DNA of 64,000 nt from a virus (lineage: Duplodnaviria > Caudoviricetes): positions 13,451 to 77,450 of the IMG/VR virus record IMGVR_UViG_3300017720_000003, one strand, 5' to 3'. Positions 1-10,662 of this stretch are shown here, one piece after another (position 1 is the first letter of the stretch; each line of letters opens with the position of its first letter). The position numbers and the translations under genes were made by a program. Below the pieces are notes generated by a model. That model was not told the DNA's origin. It saw nothing but the letters and a program-made list of their open reading frames with translations, and made no database searches.

Positions 1-3000
1 CAACCCATTTAATATTCATTGCTGAGTGATTATCTTGAGATGGTATTCTTACACCAAACATTTTTGATATTACTTCAGGCATAGTTGCTGAAGGTGTATT
101 TTCAATTAAATCCATTACAGATTTATGATGTGATGGCATCATCATCTCAGTATACCTTTGACCTGTAGGTTCACCATTAGCATCATATTCCATTACACCA
201 TGTCTTAATCTATCTAATACAACAACGCCTTCTGGACCTATATTCTCTTGTGTTAAAGAATCAATATTAAGTAAATCATTTTCATTTCCTTGCCAAGCAG
301 CTCTTCTTATAATTTCAGATCTAATTGGTATTCCATCTTTAATTTCAAATACTCTCCTATAAACTTTATTTCCAAAGTCTGATACTAATGTAAGACCTAA
401 GCCAGGTGTTCTTTCTGAAAATACCCCTTTACTAAAGTAGCTTAAAAATAATTGCTCAAACTTTCTTATTGTGATTTGATTATTTAAGTTATAATTTGGT
501 ACTCCATTAGTCATAGAAAAGAATTCAAGTATCTGGCTACTAGATTGTGAGGCTTTAAGACCGCTTAATGCAAACTCTAAAAATGCAGCAAGCTTAGGTG
601 TAACTTTACCAGAAGCTTGAGATATACTTAATTCATCCATTGCACCATCAAAACTAAATATTAAATTTCTTTTATCTTTAAATCTTAAACTAACTCTTTC
701 TGATACAGCTTTATTATATTCTGTTCTAATTTCACCAACAGTCATATTTAATGCTGGAACAAATTGATTATCATTTTGTTCAGATGTTAATATCTGTTTT
801 ATTTGTGTAGGATCAACTTGCTCTAATTTATTAGATGGATTTAATTGTTGTAGACCCATAAATCTAGCATCTAATGTAGTATAACCCTTGGTAAATGGAT
901 TACCATCGGCTAGTTCTTCAAGTGAATTAACACGTTGTTTTTTCATTTTAACTGCACTTAATGGAGCAGCAATTGCAATTGTTTCTTTTTCTTTTTCAAT
1001 AGCTTCTAACTTTACTCTTAGATTATGAAGTGATTCCAGTCCTGGTTTTGGCAACCACATCTTTATATCTCCATCCCATATAGATGTATATTCTGGTGTT
1101 AAAGTAAAAGCAGACATTTTAAGAAATGTACTTCCATCACCATAAACAAACTTTTTGGAATTTAACAATGCTTGCATCTTAGCATAACCTTCAGGTGTAG
1201 CTTCATTTCCAAATACTGAATCAGAAGTTATTGTTTGACCTGTCTCAATTCTATTAATCAATTCAGCTTGAGCTGCTGTTAATTTACCAAAACCAAACCA
1301 CATATATCTAAATGCTTTTGTTGTAATATACATTTGAGCATCAGCAATATCAATTCCACTGTCTTCCGGTTCTTCTAATGTAACTAAACTTATATCATCT
1401 ACAGGATGGATAACACCATGAGATGGAGCCGTTATAGCTGAGTATGCACTATAGTATGCACCGTTTTGCATTTTAGCTCTTTTAATCTGATCTACTGAAT
1501 CTTTTAAAGAAACAGCTTGATCACCTAAAAGAATCTCATTTATAGAGTATGAATTTATAGCATCATTAAAAAATATCTGTTTAAGATTATGTCTGTAGTT
1601 ATCATTAAGATTTAATAATGAAGCAGATTGTACAAGAGCAGTTCTACTTACACCAGCTGCTATAATAGGACCTGATTTTACTTGATTAGATATTTGGTCT
1701 TCTATTTTTAATTCATCTATTAACTGTTCAAATACTTGAAAACGGCTTTCTAAGCTATCAACTACACCTTCTCTTAATGCTGTCATTCCAGATACCTCAT
1801 TGGTAACCTCACCAGTTTGTTGTGCAACTGTCACTGTTCCTGCTAAAGCATCATCTAGTGTGATAACATTACCTGCATTACCTGCTTGAATTGCTGCGTT
1901 AATAAGAAAAGTCTGTTGTTCTTCAGACATTAATGTCTTAGTGTTAAAAAATGTAAGTGCTCTTCCGTCAGTATATCCTAATATATCTTCTTGAGTTTTT
2001 GTTGCATTATTTGCTTCTCTGTTTATTCTAGCAAACTCAGTTCTAATTTTATCAATATATATATCTACAGCCTCTTCAGTTAAAACAGCTTCTTCATTAA
2101 CCATTTCCACAGTCTTAATTACCGGAAGATTAATCATATCTCCTGTATTAGACGCTTCCATTACTCTTATAAGCACCGGTGCTAATCCAGTAGTAATTTT
2201 ATTACCCTCATCATCTAAACTTTCTACATTAGATACTTTATAACTTTTACTATTTAATAAGCCTGCATAATTATTTATTAAGTTCAGAGCAAACTCTTGT
2301 GGGGTAAAATCACCATATGTTGAAGTTTGCTTGACCCCTTGTAAAGAATCATTTAGTTCTTCTTCAGTTGATAACAGGTCACCTATTTTATTTCCTGCTA
2401 CTCTTATTATTTGCAATCTTGATTCTAATGATAGCTGATTAAAAGCTGCATTATTTAATAAAAAGTTATTTGCCAAATAAGGATCTGATTTTAATAACTC
2501 TTCTAAACTATCTGCATTATTTAATTGTGCTACCTTTTTTAAATGATATGTTGGTAGTTGGTGTGCATAAACTAAATCACCATTAGGATTTTTAAATACA
2601 GATGCTCCAATTGTTTCATCAAATGGTGCATTACCAACTGCCATTTTCTTTAATCTAGAATCCATACCAGATTGATCAACTGCAAAGATATCATTGTTGT
2701 CTTGAATTAACTGACTCATTAAAGCTATAGAACTTTCTTTATAAGGCTTGCCGTCTAAATCATGAGTTAATGTTGGCGTTTCATTTTTATTTAAATCTAA
2801 AAAAACACGTTGATCAGAGTTTAAATTAGATCTGTTATATAACATGCTATACTGAAGATAAAGTGGACTAATTTTAATACCAGAAAGATTAAATAATTGC
2901 TCAGAGTATTTTTTAGAATCTTTCTTAAGTTTTGTACTACTAATACCTTTGCTGTTTGGTATTATTTCACTTTGAATTTCAGCAAGTAAAGTTATCAGTT

Positions 3001-6000
3001 CTGTTTTCAAATTAGGATTAGACAAAAGTTGTTTTCTTTTACTAATAAATCCTTGACTCCATCTATCTAATTGAGAATTAGTATCATCTCTTTCTGACGC
3101 AGAATATACTATTGTGTTACCTGCATTGTCCCTTTCATTAAATAAGTAGTCAACTCTAAAGTTTTCAAAACCTTTTAGTATTGACTGAAATAATAAAGGA
3201 GAATTAACTTCTAACGGAATGCTATTGTCACTTAACAATTGTTGTTCAGTTATTCCTACATCATTTAGGATCCTACGCACAACAGCTGCTGTTTCTGAAT
3301 TATCTTGTCCAAAGAAATACATGCTTTGTAATATCTGTTTAGGATCAGTTAAGTTTTTAACAGCTTTAAGTAAACCATTATAAGCTTCTACAAAATCAAC
3401 AGCTATTATTATTGGCTCACCGTTTGTTAATTCAGTATTTCCAAAATAATCAGTTGCTTCTACAGAAGTTGTTGCTATATAAGCTCTAAGCTGACTAGAT
3501 AAAGATCTAAATCCACCAATCATTGATGCATCTTTATCATACTCAGATGTAGTTCTCAAACCAGTAGAGTCTTCAAACTCTTCTACTTGAAATTCTTCTT
3601 CATTGGCCTTATCACTTATTTGATTAATATACTTTACACTTTGATTTCTTATCTCATCACTATAATTATCAAAAGCTGATTGTATTTCAATTAATTTTTG
3701 TTTCTGTAAATCAGTTTTATTTTCATTAATAGGATTATCTATACTATATAAAAATTCAAAATCATCTAGTATAGAATCCATTTGTTCTTTAGGATTATAA
3801 GATTCATTTAATTTAGATATACGTTGTAAAAACATAGCTGATATATTTCTTACTAAAGGATCTGCTATATCACTATCTAAATAAATAAACCCTAAAGTAT
3901 CATCTTTACTTATTGAGTCATGTGGTATTAATGCATTAGCCTCTATAGTAGTTCCTACATCCAATGCTGTAGTAAATTCATTATTAGCTATTTGTGCACC
4001 TTTGAATTTACCTGAGTCAATATTTTCAAATAAAGTACGTAATTCATTTTTTGAATATGAATTAAAAACACCTTGTATCCATTCTATAATTCTAGTAAAT
4101 AAAGATTTAACACTTGCATCAGTGTTTGTATTCTTAGGATTTATTTTGAACTTTTCAAATTCATCTGCTAAATATTCTTCATAGTATTCATTCTCTAGTT
4201 GTTTCCTAGTCATGTTACTATATGTATCTGCAGAGTTTTTAAATTTTTCAAGTTCTTTCTCAAAGCTTTTTCCTTCAGCTCTAAGTTTAGCTCTTACTTC
4301 TTTTCTTGCTATACTTCTATATTTAGTTATCTCCTCATTACTAAGTAACATTCTAAATACCCCATGAAAAGCCTCATGATATTTGTATGGAGATGTTGCA
4401 CCAGTATAAATAGTTCCTGATACTTTTTGTCCACCAGCTACATGATTTAATCCTAATACAAACGCACCAACACGTACACCACCAGCTTTTAAATTATTTC
4501 CTAATGTTGTTATATCAGCTATATTAATAAAACTAGGTAAGTTACTTGCAGCCCAGTCAGTAAAAATATCTATATCTTCTACATCTGATAAACTTAAATC
4601 AGAAGAAGACATAATTTTATTAGCTTCTTTTTCAATTGCTTTTCTTTGAGCTAATAATTTTTGATACTCTTCATTTGTTCTAAGAGTCTTACCTCTTTCT
4701 TTAGGTTGTACACCTTCTAACAGCTGTGCCTTAAGAGTTTCAAGTTTTTGTTTTATATCTTCAAGCTTACTAACTTCTTGTGTTGGTTGTGAACCTTCGC
4801 CACCTTTTTTAGAAACCATTACATTAATAGTAGCAGCTCTCATATTATAAACTTCTACTTCTCTTGGTGTTAGATTATCCACACCCTCTCTAACAATTTT
4901 ATTTACTATATGATTAATGTATTCAGAAGGTAATGTAATAAAATCTTTAGCTGCAAATTCAGCAAATGCTGGATCACTTAAATCTAATAAACTAAACTCC
5001 GCTTCTTCAGAAGTAAAATTAGATTCTTCTACTACTTCAATAATATCTTCTTTTATGTTACCCTTATCAACTTCAGCTTGAATGGCTGAGGAATCACCTA
5101 TTGCTCTAGCTGAATTATTTAATACTACTTCTGGTCTCACATTAGTAGTAGTAGCATCTATAAGATCAGCAGCAGATACCTGTGTTGGAAATGATTGTCT
5201 AAAGTTTTTATTTGATATTTTATTTCCTGATTCTGCTATATCTGCGTTATTATTAAAATCATTAATTAATGCTTGTATATAACCATTGATAGATGAATCT
5301 GATACAAAACTTTTTGCATTTCCAGCAGGTATATCTATAGTAATAGTATCTCCTATTTGTTTACCTATATCTGTATTATATAATTGTAGTTGTAACTTAC
5401 CCCATGGAGTAACTTGTAAAGAAATATTATAACCTTCTTTAGCTGATATAAATACAGACCCTCTTATATTCTCTTCATTAAATTGAGTGTTATATGCTAA
5501 GTCTTTAGCTTTACCATCTTTATCTAAGTTTTCCTTTTTAGTTTTTTGTGCACGGTTAACAAGATCTGCTGCTAAATTATCTCTTTGAGATTTATTAAAT
5601 GTACGGGCTTTTAAATTAACAGGTCTGTAAGATCCATCAGGTAATTGTACTATAGCTATATATCTATCAGTACCATTCTTAATATCATCCCACATTAAAT
5701 CTTTTTCAAGTCTAGATTTTATTTTATTAGATAGCTTAACTCCCTCACTACCTTCTAGTGAAGTAATAAATTCTACTGATCTAGCACCTCCCTTTTTCCT
5801 TTTTAAATCAAAAATAAAATAGTTACCATTTTCATCAGCGTGTTCATAGCGTAAATCTTTTAAAGATCTTGTTGAACTATTGTCATAAGACATTCCTCCT
5901 TTTTGAGCAACAAATCCTAATCCAAATGGTAAATCATTTAATGATACAATATTCATATCTACATTACTCTTCATTACACCATCAGCATATGAAACCAATA

Positions 6001-9000
6001 ATGCATTCAGAGCAAAATTATTTCTTGCTAACTCTAAAGCTTGTTTTGGATCTAATTTATTTCTTAACTCAGGACTAACAAATAAAGTATTTAACGCTTG
6101 TTCTCTGGATATGTTAGATAAAGATTTTATTGTTTTACCCTGAGCATCTTGCATAGTTACATTACCGTTAGGAATATATGCAAATACACCATTTTCATTA
6201 TCTGTTAAAGGAATATTGTTTTCTCTTAATATTCTATTGATTTTTGTTTTTGTCTCTCCATCAGGAATAGCAAGCCCTATACTATACTTAGATTGTTTTA
6301 TATCAACATAAGGATTTTCTTCTTTACCTGATACAATATATTTAGATGATTCGTTGTTAACTATTTTATTTGATGTAATAACAAGTTCAAGATTATTAAT
6401 TTCTTCTTGTGTTAAATTATCTAATATAATATTTAACCTATCATCTGCATAACTATAGTCTCTTTGTCCATCTACAGTATCTGCATGAGGATACAATTTA
6501 TTTATATCGGTTATATTAACTCTAGATACATTTGTTGGTAATAAGTCAAATTTAAATTCTTGTATGGAATAAGAATTTTTAAACTGCCCTGCTTGTAATG
6601 TAATAGGTTTGCCTTCAAAGTTATTAGGAAGTAAACGTAAGTTTCCACCCTGTATAAATTTAGGAGTGCTGATTACTCTATACTCTTTACCATCTTTATC
6701 ATAAACCAATTGACCTTGAAATAACATTTGACCATCAAAAGGAAATGGTGTAGTATCTGGTGCACGTTTATCTAATTCTCTCATAGCTGCAATAGCAGAT
6801 CCAGAATCACTAAAAGCATTAAGTGTAACGCCTATTTGTGATAATAGTTCAGAAGATACATTATTTCCTTTCTTATCAATTAATTTATATAAAGCCTCAG
6901 CTTGACCTTGCTGATTTATTGTTATTATTTTAAGTACATCTGTTGTTGCACCTAATTGAAAAATACTTGGTTTAGGTGGATTAGCAGGATCAATTTCATC
7001 ATCTTCATTACCTACTGCTGGAGTAACTGTACTTGGATCTGACTCAATTGGTTCAGTATAATACATTTCATTTAATGGTATACCCGCTGCTTGAAGTATT
7101 TCTTTTACTAAATCATTTTCTAATACCTCTCTGCTTTTTAACCAATTTTCAAAACCTTTTTCAGATTTAATATCTTCATCAGTTAATTCTCCAAATACAG
7201 GATTACCTTGAGCATCTAATACTGGAAGTTTACCTGATATCCATAATTTCTTTAATGCATTAAATGTATTTTGCCAGCTCAACCCTTCTTCGTTTCTCCA
7301 CTCCTCAAAGCTTTTAACTTTTTCACCAAGAACAGTTTGAGTACCAGCATACTTTCTGTACTGTCTATCTAATAAAGCTCTTAATAATGGAGTATTATTA
7401 GATTCAGGTAAAATAACATCTATATCAGCTTCTTCTAAGATTTCTTCTTGATTACTTTTTGTTTCTTGTACCTCAATGTCTTTACTCTTTTGTTCAGTTG
7501 TTTCTCCTGAGTCATCAGTTTTTTCTGACATCTTTCTATATGTATCAAGCAATCTTTGAATTTGATCATACTTTACTTTATCTAATTGAGGATCTATATC
7601 ACCTTGTTCATCATAAAAGTTTTTTAGCTCATTTACATTTCCTGTAAGTAAGAATTTCTTTACTTGTTCAGGATCACCAACATAACCAGCTTCAAATAAT
7701 TTATTCATTAAAGTATTAGCTTCTTTTATATTGATATACTTTTCTATTTGTTGCTTATGTATTTTACTAAGACTTTTATATATATTTTTATTAACCTCTA
7801 TTTGTCTTTCAACAATTTCATTAAGTCTTTCTGGATTGTTTAAATACTCAATTGCTTTATCATAAACTTTAGCTCTACCTTTTAATGCATGATAATCAAC
7901 CATTTGTTTAAGAGCCTCTTGAATTTTGGATCTATCTACAAAAGAGTTAGTTGATTGCGCCATGAATTGAACATAGTCCTGAAATGCAGTAGTAAGTCTG
8001 TTTATTTTTCTTCTATCAAAAGAGCCATCTTTGGTTAAATTTTCTGGAGCAGTTAATATTTTTTCAACAGCTTGAAGTTTTTTAATTTTATCTGTTTTCT
8101 GTTCAATAACTTTTTTACCGTCTTTGCTATCTTTATCTTGAACAGCAATATCTTGTAATAGCAATCCAATTTCATTATTAATGGAGTCTATGTCTAATAA
8201 TACTGTAATATCATTAGCTGCCATTTTCTCAAATAATGGATCATTACTTAAGTTAGTATAAATACTATCAGCTCTTTCTATTGCACGTTTAAATCCGTCT
8301 TCAGTAAACATATAAAGATATGTAGCATGTTCAAATGCTTTTTCTTTAATAGCTTCTAAAATATATTGTCTGCTACCTTTATCATATTGTGATCTATCAT
8401 AAGGATTTTTAAATTTATTTCTGTTGTTTTCAAAAGTAGTTTCATACTTATCTATGTTATTAACTAAATCTTGAAGTCTTTGTCTTGCTTTACCACTTTT
8501 AATATCTTTTTTTTGATTAGGAAATGCTTGAGCTAATTCTTCATCACTCATTTTCATAAAATCTGTAAGCTGAGATCTAAAATACTGAGATGTTCCATTT
8601 TGAAAAATAGTATAAAGTTGTTGAAACTTTGCAAAATCTTTCTCATCTGTAAAACCAAATCTATCTAGAGTAAAAGCATTTTTTTTCATTGCTGCAGCAA
8701 CTTGCTTTTGAACTAAAAAGTTTAATTTAGTTGGATCAAATAAACCAGAAGGATCATTAATTGTACTATTCCATGCTTCGTTATGTACTTTAACTAAATC
8801 TTTAACATATTTTCTTTTTTCCTCTTGGAATTCTTTAAATGCTTTCGGGTCACTAATTCTATTATATAAAGCAGGCATCCCTTGAAACACTAGTTTTTGA
8901 GGTCCTTGTACAATACCACCCATTAAAAATCCAGATAAAAAAGTCTCTACACCTTGTCCACTAAACTGAGAACCCATTCCAGAAAGAATCATATCATTCT

Positions 9001-10654
9001 GTAATTCTACACCACCTGCTAATGGATCTTCCATTACAGCAGTATAATAACCTTTAGTACCTACAGCAATAGCCTCTTGCCCAATTTCTTGTAAACCTTC
9101 TGCTACGTTTGCAGCAAAGTATCTTGCAGTTGCTGCTATTGCCATTCCAGTATTACCCTTAATACCACCGGCTTTTACTTTAGTCCACCAACCTTTAATA
9201 CCAGATCCTGCATCTTCAAATACATCTTTAATTTTACCGGTAGCAGCATCTTTTACACCTTTCCCTTTAAATAATCTTCCGTTTAGACCTTTTTTATATG
9301 TATCATTAAACACCCTACCCAATGATCTATTAAATCCACCCATTGCATTCCCTAATACAATTTGGTTACTTAAAAAGATTAATGGTGCATTAGTCATTGT
9401 AGTATAAAAAGCACCTTCACCTGCTTGGTTTTGTATAAGTGCCATTTGTTCAGGTGTTACATTACCTGTTTTTTTCTTCTGTATAGCCACACCTTCTCTT
9501 ACAAGTTCATTATAGACCATAGCACCTTCAAGCTTACTTTCAGCTAATGCTAAATTTACTGATCTAAAATCTCTATAAAAACCACCAAATCCAGCTTTAG
9601 CTTTTGCCAAATTGTTTGCATTTTGTGTAGCATTTTTAGCAGTCTTGAAATTTTTAAGTGCAGAATAAGTTTGTGGAGTTAATATATTACCTACTACCCT
9701 TCCTCCAGATTTTGCAGCTTGCCAAAAAGCTTTAGCTGCATCATAATTTTTTAATTGATTCATTAAAGCTCTGGTAGAAGCTTGCATGTTTTTTATATTA
9801 AAAAAGTTTTTTGTACCCTTTGCAAGTCTTGCAACATTCATTGCTGTTCTTGCTCCAGCCACAGGAGCTGCTGCACCGCCAGTAACATATGTTGCACCGG
9901 CAAGTATTAATTCTTCTAAGGCAATAGATCCAATTATACCAAATGTATAACCACTATTTAAAAGCAAGTTATTTGTAAAACCTAGTGCTCCTCCTCTTGA
10001 TGAGTTACCAATAGCCATAGCATCTTCAAACTCCATTCCTGAATCAATATCTGGTGCACTAAGATATGCATCATCATCAAACAAATCTCCCAGACTTCTA
10101 TATACACTTGAAAATCCAGAACCAACTAAACTACCAAACTCACCTCTCATTCTAGACATATCATCCCAAATTGAAGAGTTTGCGTTATAATATGATTCCA
10201 TATCTGCATAAGGAGTAAAACCTAACTGAGCAAAATCAGGGTGTTCATAATACCTTAAAAAATTACTTTGTCTAATGTTAGCAAAACGTGGATCAACAAT
10301 ATCTGCCGCAGGTCCAGCTGACTCAGCTTTTAAAATACTCTTTACTGTATTGTATGTATCTTGAGGAGGGTTCTGTTGTTTAACAGGATCAAATAAACCT
10401 GTAGCTAAAGAAGGTCTAGCTACACCTAAACTTGCCATTGCAGGTATACCATACTTGTCTATATCTGCTTTATATGCACCTACATTTGCAATTGCACCAG
10501 GATCTGTAGCTAATACTTCAGCTAACTGAGTTTCTGGTCCTTCAAACATATCTTCAACTGGTATAAAATTAAATTGTCCAGTTGGAACTACGCTTGTTTC
10601 TCTTTGATTGCTAGTTACAGCAGTCTGTAAAGGTGTGTTCCCTTGCTCTTTCAT
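1..10654 (-). CDS. Giant virion-packaged RNA polymerase protein with zincin domain (>3550 aa, C-terminus beyond window edge)
   Basis: Translated by hand. ATG at 10654 (MKEQGNTPLQTAV...). The same frame holds HEAFH (4364-4378), EEYLADEF (~4160-4185), the beta-like motifs IADAQMYIT (~1322-1348) and LNSKKFVYGDGSTFLKMS, and FGVRIPSQDNHS (23-58), the R-x-P motif that precedes the DFDxD catalytic loop in crAss vRNAPs. The track lists no minus-strand ORF here, consistent with one frame without a stop. Confidence 0.9.
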   Translation of the reverse strand, partial: MKEQGNTPLQTAVTSNQRETSVVPTGQFNFIPVEDMFEGPETQLAEVLATDPGAIANVGAYKADIDKYGIPAMASLGVARPSLATGLFDPVKQQNPPQDTYNTVKSILKAESAGPAADIVDPRFANIRQSNFLRYYEHPDFAQLGFTPYADMESYYNANSSIWDDMSRMRGEFGSLVGSGFSSVYRSLGDLFDDDAYLSAPDIDSGMEFEDAMAIGNSSRGGALGFTNNLLLNSGYTFGIIGSIALEELILAGATYVTGGAAAPVAGARTAMNVARLAKGTKNFFNIKNMQASTRALMNQLKNYDAAKAFWQAAKSGGRVVGNILTPQTYSALKNFKTAKNATQNANNLAKAKAGFGGFYRDFRSVNLALAESKLEGAMVYNELVREGVAIQKKKTGNVTPEQMALIQNQAGEGAFYTTMTNAPLIFLSNQIVLGNAMGGFNRSLGRVFNDTYKKGLNGRLFKGKGVKDAATGKIKDVFEDAGSGIKGWWTKVKAGGIKGNTGMAIAATARYFAANVAEGLQEIGQEAIAVGTKGYYTAVMEDPLAGGVELQNDMILSGMGSQFSGQGVETFLSGFLMGGIVQGPQKLVFQGMPALYNRISDPKAFKEFQEEKRKYVKDLVKVHNEAWNSTINDPSGLFDPTKLNFLVQKQVAAAMKKNAFTLDRFGFTDEKDFAKFQQLYTIFQNGTSQYFRSQLTDFMKMSDEELAQAFPNQKKDIKSGKARQRLQDLVNNIDKYETTFENNRNKFKNPYDRSQYDKGSRQYILEAIKEKAFEHATYLYMFTEDGFKRAIERADSIYTNLSNDPLFEKMAANDITVLLDIDSINNEIGLLLQDIAVQDKDSKDGKKVIEQKTDKIKKLQAVEKILTAPENLTKDGSFDRRKINRLTTAFQDYVQFMAQSTNSFVDRSKIQEALKQMVDYHALKGRAKVYDKAIEYLNNPERLNEIVERQIEVNKNIYKSLSKIHKQQIEKYINIKEANTLMNKLFEAGYVGDPEQVKKFLLTGNVNELKNFYDEQGDIDPQLDKVKYDQIQRLLDTYRKMSEKTDDSGETTEQKSKDIEVQETKSNQEEILEEADIDVILPESNNTPLLRALLDRQYRKYAGTQTVLGEKVKSFEEWRNEEGLSWQNTFNALKKLWISGKLPVLDAQGNPVFGELTDEDIKSEKGFENWLKSREVLENDLVKEILQAAGIPLNEMYYTEPIESDPSTVTPAVGNEDDEIDPANPPKPSIFQLGATTDVLKIITINQQGQAEALYKLIDKKGNNVSSELLSQIGVTLNAFSDSGSAIAAMRELDKRAPDTTPFPFDGQMLFQGQLVYDKDGKEYRVISTPKFIQGGNLRLLPNNFEGKPITLQAGQFKNSYSIQEFKFDLLPTNVSRVNITDINKLYPHADTVDGQRDYSYADDRLNIILDNLTQEEINNLELVITSNKIVNNESSKYIVSGKEENPYVDIKQSKYSIGLAIPDGETKTKINRILRENNIPLTDNENGVFAYIPNGNVTMQDAQGKTIKSLSNISREQALNTLFVSPELRNKLDPKQALELARNNFALNALLVSYADGVMKSNVDMNIVSLNDLPFGLGFVAQKGGMSYDNSSTRSLKDLRYEHADENGNYFIFDLKRKKGGARSVEFITSLEGSEGVKLSNKIKSRLEKDLMWDDIKNGTDRYIAIVQLPDGSYRPVNLKARTFNKSQRDNLAADLVNRAQKTKKENLDKDGKAKDLAYNTQFNEENIRGSVFISAKEGYNISLQVTPWGKLQLQLYNTDIGKQIGDTITIDIPAGNAKSFVSDSSINGYIQALINDFNNNADIAESGNKISNKNFRQSFPTQVSAADLIDATTTNVRPEVVLNNSARAIGDSSAIQAEVDKGNIKEDIIEVVEESNFTSEEAEFSLLDLSDPAFAEFAAKDFITLPSEYINHIVNKIVREGVDNLTPREVEVYNMRAATINVMVSKKGGEGSQPTQEVSKLEDIKQKLETLKAQLLEGVQPKERGKTLRTNEEYQKLLAQRKAIEKEANKIMSSSDLSLSDVEDIDIFTDWAASNLPSFINIADITTLGNNLKAGGVRVGAFVLGLNHVAGGQKVSGTIYTGATSPYKYHEAFHGVFRMLLSNEEITKYRSIARKEVRAKLRAEGKSFEKELEKFKNSADTYSNMTRKQLENEYYEEYLADEFEKFKINPKNTNTDASVKSLFTRIIEWIQGVFNSYSKNELRTLFENIDSGKFKGAQIANNEFTTALDVGTTIEANALIPHDSISKDDTLGFIYLDSDIADPLVRNISAMFLQRISKLNESYNPKEQMDSILDDFEFLYSIDNPINENKTDLQKQKLIEIQSAFDNYSDEIRNQSVKYINQISDKANEEEFQVEEFEDSTGLRTTSEYDKDASMIGGFRSLSSQLRAYIATTSVEATDYFGNTELTNGEPIIIAVDFVEAYNGLLKAVKNLTDPKQILQSMYFFGQDNSETAAVVRRILNDVGITEQQLLSDNSIPLEVNSPLLFQSILKGFENFRVDYLFNERDNAGNTIVYSASERDDTNSQLDRWSQGFISKRKQLLSNPNLKTELITLLAEIQSEIIPNSKGISSTKLKKDSKKYSEQLFNLSGIKISPLYLQYSMLYNRSNLNSDQRVFLDLNKNETPTLTHDLDGKPYKESSIALMSQLIQDNNDIFAVDQSGMDSRLKKMAVGNAPFDETIGASVFKNPNGDLVYAHQLPTYHLKKVAQLNNADSLEELLKSDPYLANNFLLNNAAFNQLSLESRLQIIRVAGNKIGDLLSTEEELNDSLQGVKQTSTYGDFTPQEFALNLINNYAGLLNSKSYKVSNVESLDDEGNKITTGLAPVLIRVMEASNTGDMINLPVIKTVEMVNEEAVLTEEAVDIYIDKIRTEFARINREANNATKTQEDILGYTDGRALTFFNTKTLMSEEQQTFLINAAIQAGNAGNVITLDDALAGTVTVAQQTGEVTNEVSGMTALREGVVDSLESRFQVFEQLIDELKIEDQISNQVKSGPIIAAGVSRTALVQSASLLNLNDNYRHNLKQIFFNDAINSYSINEILLGDQAVSLKDSVDQIKRAKMQNGAYYSAYSAITAPSHGVIHPVDDISLVTLEEPEDSGIDIADAQMYITTKAFRYMWFGFGKLTAAQAELINRIETGQTITSDSVFGNEATPEGYAKMQALLNSKKFVYGDGSTFLKMSAFTLTPEYTSIWDGDIKMWLPKPGLESLHNLRVKLEAIEKEKETIAIAAPLSAVKMKKQRVNSLEELADGNPFTKGYTTLDARFMGLQQLNPSNKLEQVDPTQIKQILTSEQNDNQFVPALNMTVGEIRTEYNKAVSERVSLRFKDKRNLIFSFDGAMDELSISQASGKVTPKLAAFLEFALSGLKASQSSSQILEFFSMTNGVPNYNLNNQITIRKFEQLFLSYFSKGVFSERTPGLGLTLVSDFGNKVYRRVFEIKDGIPIRSEIIRRAAWQGNENDLLNIDSLTQENIGPEGVVVLDRLRHGVMEYDANGEPTGQRYTEMMMPSHHKSVMDLIENTPSATMPEVISKMFGVRIPSQDNHSAMNIKWV

Positions 10655-10662
10655 CTAGTCTA

